Positions 51,644 through 61,033 of a DNA stretch of 64,000 nt are shown one piece after another. Both the position numbers and the translations under genes were made by a program. Below the pieces are notes generated by a model, which did no database searches, was not told the DNA's origin, and worked only from the letters and a program-made list of their open reading frames with translations. Source of the DNA: Bacteroidota bacterium (GTDB taxonomy: Bacteria > Bacteroidota > Ignavibacteria > Palsa-1295); NCBI GenBank assembly GCA_030706385.1, contig JAUZOQ010000003.1:4297-68296 (forward strand). The letters are read 5' to 3'. Position 1 is the stretch's first letter, and the number at the start of each line of letters is the position of its first letter.

Positions 51644-52459
51644 TTAGGGAAGCATTGACCGGTAGCGCTGATATCCTGCTGTATTGAGCTGGGCCTCGGA
51701 TGGCTCGGGCAAGTTGGCAGCTTTGGCCTGCGCAACCGTTGCATTCAGACGATCCTGAGAAGGAGGATGCGTTGAAAAAAGTCTGGTAAGCTCGGGCGGT
51801 GGCTGGCTACCACCTGTATTGAGTGTCTTGATCATGAAGTACTTAATGGCTGCCGGATACCACGGCCTTCCAGAAAGTTGATAGAGATCGGTAAAGGAGT
51901 TCGCATCGGCTTCGCGCTCATCGGCCTGGCTGAATTGAAGCATGGCAAGGGTCTCCCCTATTTGTGCGACCAATCCTGAGTCTTGCCCGAGAGCCATTTG
52001 CGTGACCCTCTCAAGGCCATATTGCTTCGTCATCTGTTGCGTGGAATGTCGGTGGTCAGCATGGGTGATCTCATGCGCTAAGATTCCGGCAAGCGTTGCC
52101 TCATTATCCACGTATTTCATTAGTCCGGTGTAGACGTAGATCGGTCCGCCCGGAAGAGTAAAAGCGTTCACCGTTTTATCGTCATGAATAATAGTGACGG
52201 TATAGTTAAAATCCTTATTCGTCACATTCGGAGACTGAATGATGCGATTGACGATACTTTGAACATAGTTTCGTAGTGCGGGATTATTCAGAATTGGATA
52301 ATGCGCGGGATCTTTAGCGATCTCTGCCTGCATTTGTTGGCCCAATTGCAGATCCTGTTGTTTCGAATACAAATTGACTCCGCTCGAACAGGAAAGCGCG
52401 GTAAAACCCAAAACCAGAAAAAGGGATATGATTGCGAGGCGAGATCTGTGAAAATTCAT
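51644..52459 (-). CDS. M48-family zinc metalloprotease lipoprotein
   Basis: ATG 52459, MNFHRSRLAIISLFLVLGFTALSCSSG lipobox. VNAFTLPGGPIYVYTGL, HEITHADHRH (HExxH), downstream EREAD. Confidence 0.85.
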   Translation of the reverse strand: MNFHRSRLAIISLFLVLGFTALSCSSGVNLYSKQQDLQLGQQMQAEIAKDPAHYPILNNPALRNYVQSIVNRIIQSPNVTNKDFNYTVTIIHDDKTVNAFTLPGGPIYVYTGLMKYVDNEATLAGILAHEITHADHRHSTQQMTKQYGLERVTQMALGQDSGLVAQIGETLAMLQFSQADEREADANSFTDLYQLSGRPWYPAAIKYFMIKTLNTGGSQPPPELTRLFSTHPPSQDRLNATVAQAKAANLPEPSEAQLNTAGYQRYRSMLP

Positions 52460-52562
52460 TATCGTACTAATATTAGGTGAATTACAGGGGAGATCTGGAT
52501 TGAGACAACAAGCCTGAGATATTTTGAGTTGCGAGAATGAGCGGCCGCCTCCAGACCGCCAA

Positions 52563-55500
52563 CTATCGAGATCGCACTGCCCGCTCTGTCGTTGCATCGC
52601 TCGAAGGAGAGCCGTCATCGTTGGTGCCATTCAAGACTACGCGATAGAGATATGTTCCATTGGCAACATCGTTACCGACCTCATCCCTTCCGTCCCATTC
52701 GACGGAATTCAAACCAGTACGCTGCTTCGATGGATCGAGATGAAGCGTTCTGATCTTTCTTCCAGCCACAGTATAGATGACAACTTTAACATCGGCTTGT
52801 GATCCAGCTTTCAAAATGAAGGTGAACCATGTTTTATCTTTAAAGGGATTCGGATAATTCATAACATGATCCAATCCATTCGTACTCGAAACGACGAATT
52901 CATCGCTTATCGTATCGGCCCGATTTCCACTGGCATCGTGACCCATTGCCGTAAATAAATAGCGGCCTGCTTCCAGAGGGGTCAGAGGAGTAATATCGAG
53001 CGTAGCCTGAATTGTACCGGTAGGCTGAGTCGTGAATTTCGTTGCGAACGTATCGTTCTTGATCGTACCGGAGAAGACGATCGGCCCTTTCGTACCGAAG
53101 AGCGCTTGCAGAATTCCGCTGATCGCCGCCGAATCGGCGACGCGCAGAGGGCTGTTGTCGGAAAGTCTGATACCGATCTCTACTTTGCTCGAGACATAAT
53201 CGCCGCTATTAATATGCCTGCCATCGAATACCATATCCAACCGCGGCTTCGTGCTATCGCGAGCAACGGTGTAAGATGTGTTTGCCGAATTATTGAAGAG
53301 TAGCTGTTCATTGAGAACACCGCCGGGATTTACTGTTGCCGTAAGATTGACATTGCCCTGGAAGCCGGATGTTGGGATCGAATGGGAGAATGATGCTGAG
53401 GAATGTCCGGGGAAGTTTGCAATCGTATCGGTTGCCAGCACTACGGAATTGCCGTGAAAGTTCTGTACTAGTTGAACCGGAACACGCTGCGCGTCGATAC
53501 AGGTCGTGTTCTCTATCCGATACGTTACCGTCACAGGATTGCCTTCAAGAACAGTTTTCGGACTTACGGAGATCAAACTATCGCCGGTATTGAACTCAGG
53601 GGCAGCATCATATTCGAGTTCAATCGCAGTAAGGCGCGGACTAACTGAGGAAGCCGAACCTCGCTGAAAATTCATTTGCACAAATAGCTTATTATCGAAG
53701 AGCGCCGGCTGGAAAGAGATATCGGCGCTCGTGCCTTGCGATGCATCGGCAACAATAACTGTATCGATCACTCCGGAATTCTTCCGCTCTCCTAAAACGA
53801 TAAACTTGATCGTCGAGCCGGTCGCAATATTTTGAGCATTCCACTTCAGCTTCCCGTACCCTGTTGCAACGGCAGTCAGCGGTGTCTGCGCCAGTCCTGA
53901 TGTTCCGAATACAACCATAGTATCGAAAAGACTGACTCCTGCGCTACGATCGGGACTGAATTTCTCTTTCGCCTGACCAGGAGCAAGTCCCTTGCGGCCG
54001 ATAAGGGCATACGAGCCGAATGTCGAAAGAGTGTTCATCCCGTTAAGCGATCCGAGCGACTGCAGAGCCTGTGTTACTTTCGGACTGTAAGAAAAACTCG
54101 GGATCAGTGGAGCAAAATTCGTCAAGGCAATCACACGCCTTCCATCCGGAATTCCATTGATGACGGCAACAAGACTATCGGCAAGAATTTTTCCAATCGA
54201 ATCATTATCGGTTTTCAGAAACTCGAACGTTTGCTCGATGCCGCTGGAATCTGCCGTCATCTCATGCAATGTGAGAGCAACAAATTGGCCGTTGATATAT
54301 CGTGTCTCCTTGCTTTTTCCGTTTATGAGAAATAGGCCGACAGGCAATCCGCTTCCCTGCACATTCGTATCCAGAAGTCCGCGAGCTTCTACTTCATAGC
54401 GAACAGTATCTTTGAGTGGAATAAAGAGTGCGCCATCGGCCGGATCGTCTTCTAATCCTGAAATGATGGTGGAAGCAAGCTGATCTCCGGTAGTGTACGA
54501 AAATTCCGAACGAGCACCGGCAGGCTTCGGCGCCTCAAGGGATAGGCTCTGTGCCTGCCAGCCTGACTGTACTCCCGAAGGCAGCAGTACTCGCGAACGC
54601 CACCACAATACATGCGATGAGGGATTCGGCAGCACTGTGCGTGCGAAGGCACGCTGGAAGAAAAGTCCTGATCCCTGCATGCCGGGGAAATCCCGGAGGA
54701 CTCCTGAATTGAACGCACTGGTCGTATCGAATTGCAGCTCGACACTTGTGGGTCCCGAAACATTAGCCGGAAGCAGCAAAATGAAATTTACCGAGTCAGT
54801 CCGAATATCACAGAAATATTTGCTGCCCTCCGGAGGATAGAACGGTGTTCCCGAATTGCCGTTAACTAAGAATGAAACAGACGCTTCGTTATCGTTTTCA
54901 TTTGTTTCGGCAAATTGATTGTCATAATCTACAAAAATCCGAAGTGTGTTGGAGCCAACAGCGAACGAATCCAGCGAGAAGACTGCTCCGGTCGTGGCAA
55001 GATTCTCCAGCGTCTCGATCGTATCAATGATCCCTATCTGCCTGTTCCCCGGCTGCTCATCGGTAATACGCACATGAACGGGACTCGTGATTCCGAATCC
55101 GAAGTTGCGGATCGTTGCCTTCACCGTTACCTGAGAATCGTTAACGGAGAAAACCGTTCGCGGAGTACCGTCTTTCCCCGAAAGTGTGATGTCGGAAGCA
55201 GTAATGTTGAATTCCGGTTGTGGCCGAAGGTCGAAGCCCATTGCAGCATCGCCTAGAATCGAATACTCGTAGAGCGAATTGTGCTGAGTGAACGTCCCCA
55301 TCCATGGCTGGACGACCGATTCAATAAATTTCGCAAAGGTGAGTATGAGCGGGTAATTTACTTTGTGAGCTCCGGTCGAAGACATCCGGACATCGGCTGA
55401 ATCTCCACGCAGATAGTTGAATCCACGTGCCGACATATTGAAATCATAACTCACATCACCGAACCCCGTCGTTCCATAGGCCAGAATTGCACCTGCTTCT

Positions 55501-58418
55501 TTGACGCGTACGAATGACTCGTTCATCGAGATCAGATTTGGCTCGGCGAATGCTCCGGTGCGGCAGGATACGGAAATAAAGACCGGATAGGTGCCGGTGT
55601 TGCGGAGTGTCCCTACATCGGGGAATTGAATATCGGTGATATTCGGAGCCCCGTGGCCGAAAAAATAAACGAGCGCTTGCCCGTCGCTGAAGGCCTGTTG
55701 AATAGCGGGTATCTGCGTGATGTCGATCTGGTTTATCAAGTCATGGCGATAAACGAATGTTGGATTTATGCTGACGGGAGGATTGCCTAACCCACCATTC
55801 GCGTTTCCAGGCGCTATGCTATCACCAACATACGCATGCTCATAGTTGAGCAGAATACCGTACTGAAATGGTGCGTCGCCGCCGGCAATAAAAAGAAAAT
55901 TCTTATTCCATGGTGCAGGGGTAGAGGATTCGTACTCGATCAGTTTATCAAGGAAGTTCTCACCTTCCTCAACTGATTCGACGGGAATCCTGCTGATCAC
56001 CATTCTGAATGTTTCCGAATCCGGCATACCTACACCTTCGGCCGTCGTGTAGATATAATCGCTATTCGGAACTCCGAACGTTGGTACGAAACTTCGATGA
56101 ATTGTTTTTACACTTTCATCTTGCAGCGGATTATTCAGATTTGCTTTGGGATCCCATGTTCCATCACCAAAAAGCGTAACGAATGCCGGAGGCGGGCCGG
56201 CATAGAAATCGTAGGCATATTGAAGGTACCTTCTGATCGCCCAAGGTTCATCCGATCCGAAATTGAATGCGTTGTAAACATCATCGGTTGTCACAACTTT
56301 TGTGCGAAGTCCAAATTTTTGTCGCTGCAAAGCCAGGAGTTGTGCTGTTTTAGAAAACAACGGATGGGTGATAACAATATAGTCGGCACCGGATAGTGTA
56401 TCGAGAATGGCGGCGAATGTTCCCGTTGCATTCACGATCCGATCGGGATGCAGAAAACTTGCTGTCGTTGCTGCAACATAATTCAAAGTCCCCGAACCTG
56501 CATCTTTGTAGACGAGTCCACTGGGAATCAGTCGCGAGCCATCGGAGAGATCGAAGACATGGGGCACGTCTCCTAAGGTCTGCAATGCAATAGTAAATTG
56601 CGAGGCCGATGGAGTAAGCGAAAAGGCCCATTGTCCTTTCGCTATGGCCGTATCGCTGCTCGGTGCGATGGCCGCAGGAAGAGAGATGGCATAGTAATCA
56701 AAATACCATTTATCAGGTGTGCCTGCTCCTGTCACATAATCAAGTTCGAATTGATTAACGCCTGCCTTCAATGAAGAGAGTGGAATCGTGATGGTATCGT
56801 AGAGATCCTGATAATCGACAAAACTCAGATCTCCGACATTAAGACCATTAATAAGCACCGATGCTTTGTGTGTAACAGATACGCCATTGCTCGTCGATAC
56901 TCCTCGGAGAAATACCACGACCTGAGCAAACTTCCCCGCTGTAGATGAGGGAAGCGCCGTGATACTGAATGAATCGGTTATGCTCAGCACGTCGGTATTG
57001 TTATGCCTTGTTGGAAGGTATTGCCAGACGAAGCGCTCGCCGGCAACCCATTCGCAACGATGCAGCGTGGCATCGTCACGGCCGGCATCGCCACCGTAAT
57101 AGAAATTATCTTGCTCGTGATGGAGGATGACGTTCGCCTCCGATAACGTCAGTGAGGGATTTCCCGCGATTACTTTATCGGTGTAGCGCAGAGGAAGCGT
57201 TTGGAATTTTCTCGAATTCGTAAGCCAATAGGCATTCGAATCGGAATCCCAATTGAGATACTCTCCGGGATATCCTGCCAGGCGTTCGCCGTAATACTCG
57301 ATCGCATTTATTCTGCCATCGGAAGTACTATCGATCCATACTGGTACTTCCCTTCCCTTATTGAACATTCGGACTTCCGATTGCCTCCAGCCGGAAATAT
57401 CTCCTCCGCCTCTTGAACCAATCTCCGTCGGCGTGACCCGATACAATCCCGTCCTGGTTGCAGAAAGTTTTACATACGGAGCCGAAGGATCGATCCAATT
57501 CGTAATCGTGCGGTCGAATGTCGGAGTGATACTTGCAGGAAGATTCCTATTGGAAAGCGAACGGCTATGGAATCCCGAACGGAATCGTGCGATATCCGAT
57601 GTATTCGCAGCTGCAAGCGAATACATCTTTTCAAAGACAGGATCCTTTGCATATGCAAGCGGAGCTGCTGATAATCCTGCCGCACGATCGAACGTGACTC
57701 CGCACGTAAATTTCTTTAGCGTCTTTGCCGATCCGCTTGCAGCATCAAACTGCACAAGTGGAATTGTAAGCGATACGATCCGCATCGTCCGGATCTTTGC
57801 CGGAGCCGAGAGAATTGGAGCTGCTCTGAGCGTAGCGAGGTAAGATTTCTGTTCGAATACTCTATTCCCCTGGGCATCAGGCCTTGGTAAGAGAAAAATA
57901 TTCGAGACGTTCTGCGATATGCTTCGTTCGAAAATGGAAGAAATATTTTTCGCATCGTCGGGAATGGCGATCACAACGGAGAGCGCAGGCACCTCGGGCT
58001 CTCCGGGCTTCCCGAGATAGACGACACTTGTTCCGGCCGGAAGCTTATCGAGACGAAGATTCGACCAGCACATCTTTCCGAATTGTTTTCCAACTGCAGA
58101 TGAGACCTTCTCATCCGATCGCGTGGATATCGGTTCGCCTAAATTAATGTCGAAGGTGATTCTCGTCTTCGTAGAAGTCGAAGTTGTGCGATGATGGAAG
58201 AATTCGGAAGTACTGTTACTTCCAAAAACTCTAGTTCGTACCTTCTTACCCAGTGGCCGAACACGTAGTTTCGATTGCACAGTGCTCTTCTGACGCTGTT
58301 GGGCAATACGCGCAGGTTCGGCTAAACGGCGCGCAGAGATCTGTGCGGATGTAACATTCGCAGCAAGTATGGAAAAAAGGAAAACATAAAATAAACTTCT
58401 CGGGACGAAATGGTGCAT
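52563..58418 (-). CDS. giant peptidase C25 family protein (gingipain/PorU-type) with FlgD-Ig-like T9SS C-terminal domain
   Basis: ATG 58418, signal MHHFVPRSLFYVFLFSILAANVTSAQ. C25 core YIVITHPLF..LALQRQKFGLRTKVVTTDDVYN..AIRRYL..FVTLFGDGTWD, catalytic-His context VYFFGHGAPN, catalytic-Cys context FISVSCRTGAF. C-terminus NYPNPFKDKTWFTFIL..VVIYTVAGRKIRTL..WDGRDEVGNDVANGTYLY. Confidence 0.85.
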   Translation of the reverse strand: MHHFVPRSLFYVFLFSILAANVTSAQISARRLAEPARIAQQRQKSTVQSKLRVRPLGKKVRTRVFGSNSTSEFFHHRTTSTSTKTRITFDINLGEPISTRSDEKVSSAVGKQFGKMCWSNLRLDKLPAGTSVVYLGKPGEPEVPALSVVIAIPDDAKNISSIFERSISQNVSNIFLLPRPDAQGNRVFEQKSYLATLRAAPILSAPAKIRTMRIVSLTIPLVQFDAASGSAKTLKKFTCGVTFDRAAGLSAAPLAYAKDPVFEKMYSLAAANTSDIARFRSGFHSRSLSNRNLPASITPTFDRTITNWIDPSAPYVKLSATRTGLYRVTPTEIGSRGGGDISGWRQSEVRMFNKGREVPVWIDSTSDGRINAIEYYGERLAGYPGEYLNWDSDSNAYWLTNSRKFQTLPLRYTDKVIAGNPSLTLSEANVILHHEQDNFYYGGDAGRDDATLHRCEWVAGERFVWQYLPTRHNNTDVLSITDSFSITALPSSTAGKFAQVVVFLRGVSTSNGVSVTHKASVLINGLNVGDLSFVDYQDLYDTITIPLSSLKAGVNQFELDYVTGAGTPDKWYFDYYAISLPAAIAPSSDTAIAKGQWAFSLTPSASQFTIALQTLGDVPHVFDLSDGSRLIPSGLVYKDAGSGTLNYVAATTASFLHPDRIVNATGTFAAILDTLSGADYIVITHPLFSKTAQLLALQRQKFGLRTKVVTTDDVYNAFNFGSDEPWAIRRYLQYAYDFYAGPPPAFVTLFGDGTWDPKANLNNPLQDESVKTIHRSFVPTFGVPNSDYIYTTAEGVGMPDSETFRMVISRIPVESVEEGENFLDKLIEYESSTPAPWNKNFLFIAGGDAPFQYGILLNYEHAYVGDSIAPGNANGGLGNPPVSINPTFVYRHDLINQIDITQIPAIQQAFSDGQALVYFFGHGAPNITDIQFPDVGTLRNTGTYPVFISVSCRTGAFAEPNLISMNESFVRVKEAGAILAYGTTGFGDVSYDFNMSARGFNYLRGDSADVRMSSTGAHKVNYPLILTFAKFIESVVQPWMGTFTQHNSLYEYSILGDAAMGFDLRPQPEFNITASDITLSGKDGTPRTVFSVNDSQVTVKATIRNFGFGITSPVHVRITDEQPGNRQIGIIDTIETLENLATTGAVFSLDSFAVGSNTLRIFVDYDNQFAETNENDNEASVSFLVNGNSGTPFYPPEGSKYFCDIRTDSVNFILLLPANVSGPTSVELQFDTTSAFNSGVLRDFPGMQGSGLFFQRAFARTVLPNPSSHVLWWRSRVLLPSGVQSGWQAQSLSLEAPKPAGARSEFSYTTGDQLASTIISGLEDDPADGALFIPLKDTVRYEVEARGLLDTNVQGSGLPVGLFLINGKSKETRYINGQFVALTLHEMTADSSGIEQTFEFLKTDNDSIGKILADSLVAVINGIPDGRRVIALTNFAPLIPSFSYSPKVTQALQSLGSLNGMNTLSTFGSYALIGRKGLAPGQAKEKFSPDRSAGVSLFDTMVVFGTSGLAQTPLTAVATGYGKLKWNAQNIATGSTIKFIVLGERKNSGVIDTVIVADASQGTSADISFQPALFDNKLFVQMNFQRGSASSVSPRLTAIELEYDAAPEFNTGDSLISVSPKTVLEGNPVTVTYRIENTTCIDAQRVPVQLVQNFHGNSVVLATDTIANFPGHSSASFSHSIPTSGFQGNVNLTATVNPGGVLNEQLLFNNSANTSYTVARDSTKPRLDMVFDGRHINSGDYVSSKVEIGIRLSDNSPLRVADSAAISGILQALFGTKGPIVFSGTIKNDTFATKFTTQPTGTIQATLDITPLTPLEAGRYLFTAMGHDASGNRADTISDEFVVSSTNGLDHVMNYPNPFKDKTWFTFILKAGSQADVKVVIYTVAGRKIRTLHLDPSKQRTGLNSVEWDGRDEVGNDVANGTYLYRVVLNGTNDDGSPSSDATTERAVRSR

Positions 58419-58503
58419 TCGTTTCGCGTTCGACACAATAATCAGCACAATGAGAACCGATTCGATGTTAAAATAATTAACAGGGGGCGGAAATATGACC
58501 TCT

Positions 58504-59397
58504 CTAATCCCCTAACTTCGCCTTTGCATCTTCATAGTAATTTTGGTGGGCCGGATCGAGATACTCAAGCTTCTGATAATAGAGATCTTTATTCTCCTTG
58601 AACCACTTTCCAAAATCGGCAAACTCTGTGTATTTCGCTTCGAAAAAAGTCTTGTAATACACGCTGCGATCGATCGTCGAACCCGATCGCTTCATACTCA
58701 CGAGCGTATCGACTACCTTCGCCAGTTCAGCCCTCGCCTCATCCTCTTTCGTAGCGATGTTATCGAGTACTTTATAATGATACGCCCAGACGATATCGCG
58801 GATGCTGCGCGTTCCGGCATTCATCACATCCTCTATATATCCGAATCGCGAGAAGGCTCCCGATGAAGTGATCAGCCTGTCCCAACCTACGACATTCTGC
58901 GCTGCATTGGCAATAAGGGCGACTTGCTGCGCCTGCTGAAATGCTGCAGAACCACTGTTGGATTCGTAAGAGTCGAAATCCAATCCGATAATGATATAAG
59001 CGTAGTAATCGAGGATGGATTCGAGATCTCTGTAATTCATACTATGTTGCAGGATCTGACCGCGGCTATACCCAAAAGAGATCTTATCGTCAAAAAAGCG
59101 AGCCATGATCGTCGTTTCGCCGCTTTTATAGAGGGGCCGTTTGCTCTGAACAAAGATCTGAGCGCCCGTGGTGAGGATATTAAAGTTGATGGTTGCCTGA
59201 ATTTTGTCTCCGGTAAAATTTGTTGTCCATGAGTAGGCATTGAGATATGCCTCGACATCCTGAGTAAAGGTATCCCAATTTTTTCGTTCTTCATCGGAAA
59301 GATTTTGGAGATTCACGCTGACCTTGCAGGCAAGTTCCTGAGCAGCTACCGTCTTTGCGCAGAGCAAGAGAGCGAGGATGAGGAGATAACGTTTCAT
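58504..59397 (-). CDS. DUF4835 family protein (T9SS-associated PorD-like)
   Basis: ATG 59397, signal MKRYLLILALLLCAKTVAAQ. QELACKVSVNLQ, IFVQSKRPLY, ILDYYAYIIIGLDFDSY, VGWD, WAYHYKVLD, FFEAKYTEF. Confidence 0.8.
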   Translation of the reverse strand: MKRYLLILALLLCAKTVAAQELACKVSVNLQNLSDEERKNWDTFTQDVEAYLNAYSWTTNFTGDKIQATINFNILTTGAQIFVQSKRPLYKSGETTIMARFFDDKISFGYSRGQILQHSMNYRDLESILDYYAYIIIGLDFDSYESNSGSAAFQQAQQVALIANAAQNVVGWDRLITSSGAFSRFGYIEDVMNAGTRSIRDIVWAYHYKVLDNIATKEDEARAELAKVVDTLVSMKRSGSTIDRSVYYKTFFEAKYTEFADFGKWFKENKDLYYQKLEYLDPAHQNYYEDAKAKLGD

Positions 59398-59534
59398 ATT
59401 AGTGAGCGTCAGTCTATATATTTCGTAATTTTGGCTTGCGCCGCGGGCTGCATGAGTGGAACGGAGATCCGATCCTTGCGTACAAATACCCGGCGTTAAT
59501 AGTACGACAAAAATAAGCAAAAGATTCTACCATT

Positions 59535-60386
59535 ATGGCGTGGTTCACGCGTTCGAAGCAGAACATCGATAGCACGGAAAAACGGGACAGCGATACCATA
59601 CCTGATGGGATGTGGACGAAATGCCCGGATTGCAAGGAAATTCTCTACAAAAAACAGTTGGAAGAGAATCTTTTCACGTGCCCGAAATGCGATAAACATT
59701 TTCGGATCGGAAGCGGTGAGTACTTCGAAATCCTTTTCGATGACGGCGCCTATGCTGAGATCGCTGCGAACCTGCTCAGCGACGATCCGCTTTCTTTTGT
59801 CGATACAAAACCCTACCCTGCCCGCATTGCCGATGCCCGCAAGAAGACATCACTGACCGATGCGATGCGCCTGGCATTCGGAAAAACAGAAGGCGAACCT
59901 GTTATTATAGGAGCAATGGATTTTTCATTCGTAGGCGGATCGATGGGATCGGTCGTCGGTGAAAAATTTTCGCGCGGAGTCGATGAAGCGATCGCACAGG
60001 ATTGTCCCTTCGTCATGATCTCAAGTTCAGGCGGAGCCAGAATGCAGGAGGCGGCAATCTCGCTTATGCAACTTGCGAAGACAAGTTCGAAGCTTGCACA
60101 GTTGGAAAAATACAGGCTTCCATTTATTTCGATCCTGACCGATCCGACAACAGGCGGAGTTACGGCAAGTTACGGAATGCTTGGTGATATTAATATTGCA
60201 GAACCGAAGGCTCTTATCGCTTTCGCAGGACCAAGAGTCGTCGAGCAGACTATCCACAAGAAACTTCCTCCCGGCTTCCAACGATCCGAATTCCTGCTCG
60301 AGCACGGATTCGTCGATATGGTAGTCCACAGAAAAGAGTTGAAGAAAACCCTTGCAACGGTTCTTCGGCAGTTGAAGAAGGACTAA
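59535..60386 (+). CDS. accD: acetyl-CoA carboxylase carboxyltransferase subunit beta
   Basis: N-terminal zinc ribbon WTKCPDCKEILYKKQLEENLFTCPKCDKHFR. GGSMGSVVGEK, SSGGARMQE. Confidence 0.93.
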   Translation: MAWFTRSKQNIDSTEKRDSDTIPDGMWTKCPDCKEILYKKQLEENLFTCPKCDKHFRIGSGEYFEILFDDGAYAEIAANLLSDDPLSFVDTKPYPARIADARKKTSLTDAMRLAFGKTEGEPVIIGAMDFSFVGGSMGSVVGEKFSRGVDEAIAQDCPFVMISSSGGARMQEAAISLMQLAKTSSKLAQLEKYRLPFISILTDPTTGGVTASYGMLGDINIAEPKALIAFAGPRVVEQTIHKKLPPGFQRSEFLLEHGFVDMVVHRKELKKTLATVLRQLKKD

Positions 60387-60404
60387 AGCGAAGGACTGCA
60401 TCTA

Positions 60405-60428
60405 GTGGGACGGACTCTTAGTCCGTCC
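60405..60428. repeat. REP-like hairpin, copy 1 of 3
   Basis: gtg ggacggact ctt agtccgtcc, a perfect 9-bp stem, 19 nt after the accD stop. Confidence 0.75.
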
Positions 60429-60443
60429 GGATACTCATTCACC

Positions 60444-60746
60444 TCAATGCAGCCTCCGCAGTAATTTCTTTACATTTCTTCTAGAATGGAGAACTGTCAG
60501 AATCAATATCTCTTCTTTCGCCAATTTATAGATGACTCGATACGGTGGCACCTGAATTTCCCTAATTTGGGGAGCATTACGCTCAGGCACTTTCCGGCCA
60601 ATGCGAGGAAAATAGGATAGCAGGTTTCCACGTTCGAAAATCTCAGATACTAATAGTGAGGCGTAATGTTTGGAATCGCGTTCTATGTAAGCGGCGATCT
60701 CTTCTATATCGGACAGAGCGTTATCGGACCAGATTACTTCAACCAC
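60444..60746 (-). CDS. type II toxin, RelE/ParE family
   Basis: GTG start 60746 overlapping the antitoxin stop. (M)VEVIWSDNALSDIEEIAAYIERDS..A..L...I......L..FPRIGRKVPE..IREIQVPPYRVIYKL. Confidence 0.8.
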   Translation of the reverse strand: MVEVIWSDNALSDIEEIAAYIERDSKHYASLLVSEIFERGNLLSYFPRIGRKVPERNAPQIREIQVPPYRVIYKLAKEEILILTVLHSRRNVKKLLRRLH

Positions 60747-60940
60747 TTTGAAAGCCGTTTGCGGGCTTCTTTTTCTGAATTCACCTTGCCATCGCGCGCA
60801 TCCTGTTCTCCTTTTTCGATCTTCTGAAGTACGTACATTTTATACATAATGTCGTCATACGAAGCGTTCTTTTTCAAACCCTTAATTGCAGTAAGCGCTT
60901 GTTCGCGAGGTAAAGTCTTCGAATGTATTCTTGCCGCCAT
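60734..60940 (-). CDS. cognate antitoxin (68 aa)
   Basis: Upstream of, and overlapping, the toxin by 13 nt. C-terminal ..IEKGEQDARDGKVNSEKEARKRLSKWLK, typical of ParE-partner antitoxins. Confidence 0.65.
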   Translation of the reverse strand: MAARIHSKTLPREQALTAIKGLKKNASYDDIMYKMYVLQKIEKGEQDARDGKVNSEKEARKRLSKWLK

Positions 60941-61033
60941 AGTAATAAAACCAAACTTGCTAAAGATTTATTCCTTTTCCCCTTGCCCCGCTTCCGACTT
61001 CGGACATCGGACTCCAGACTTCGGACTTCCCAC

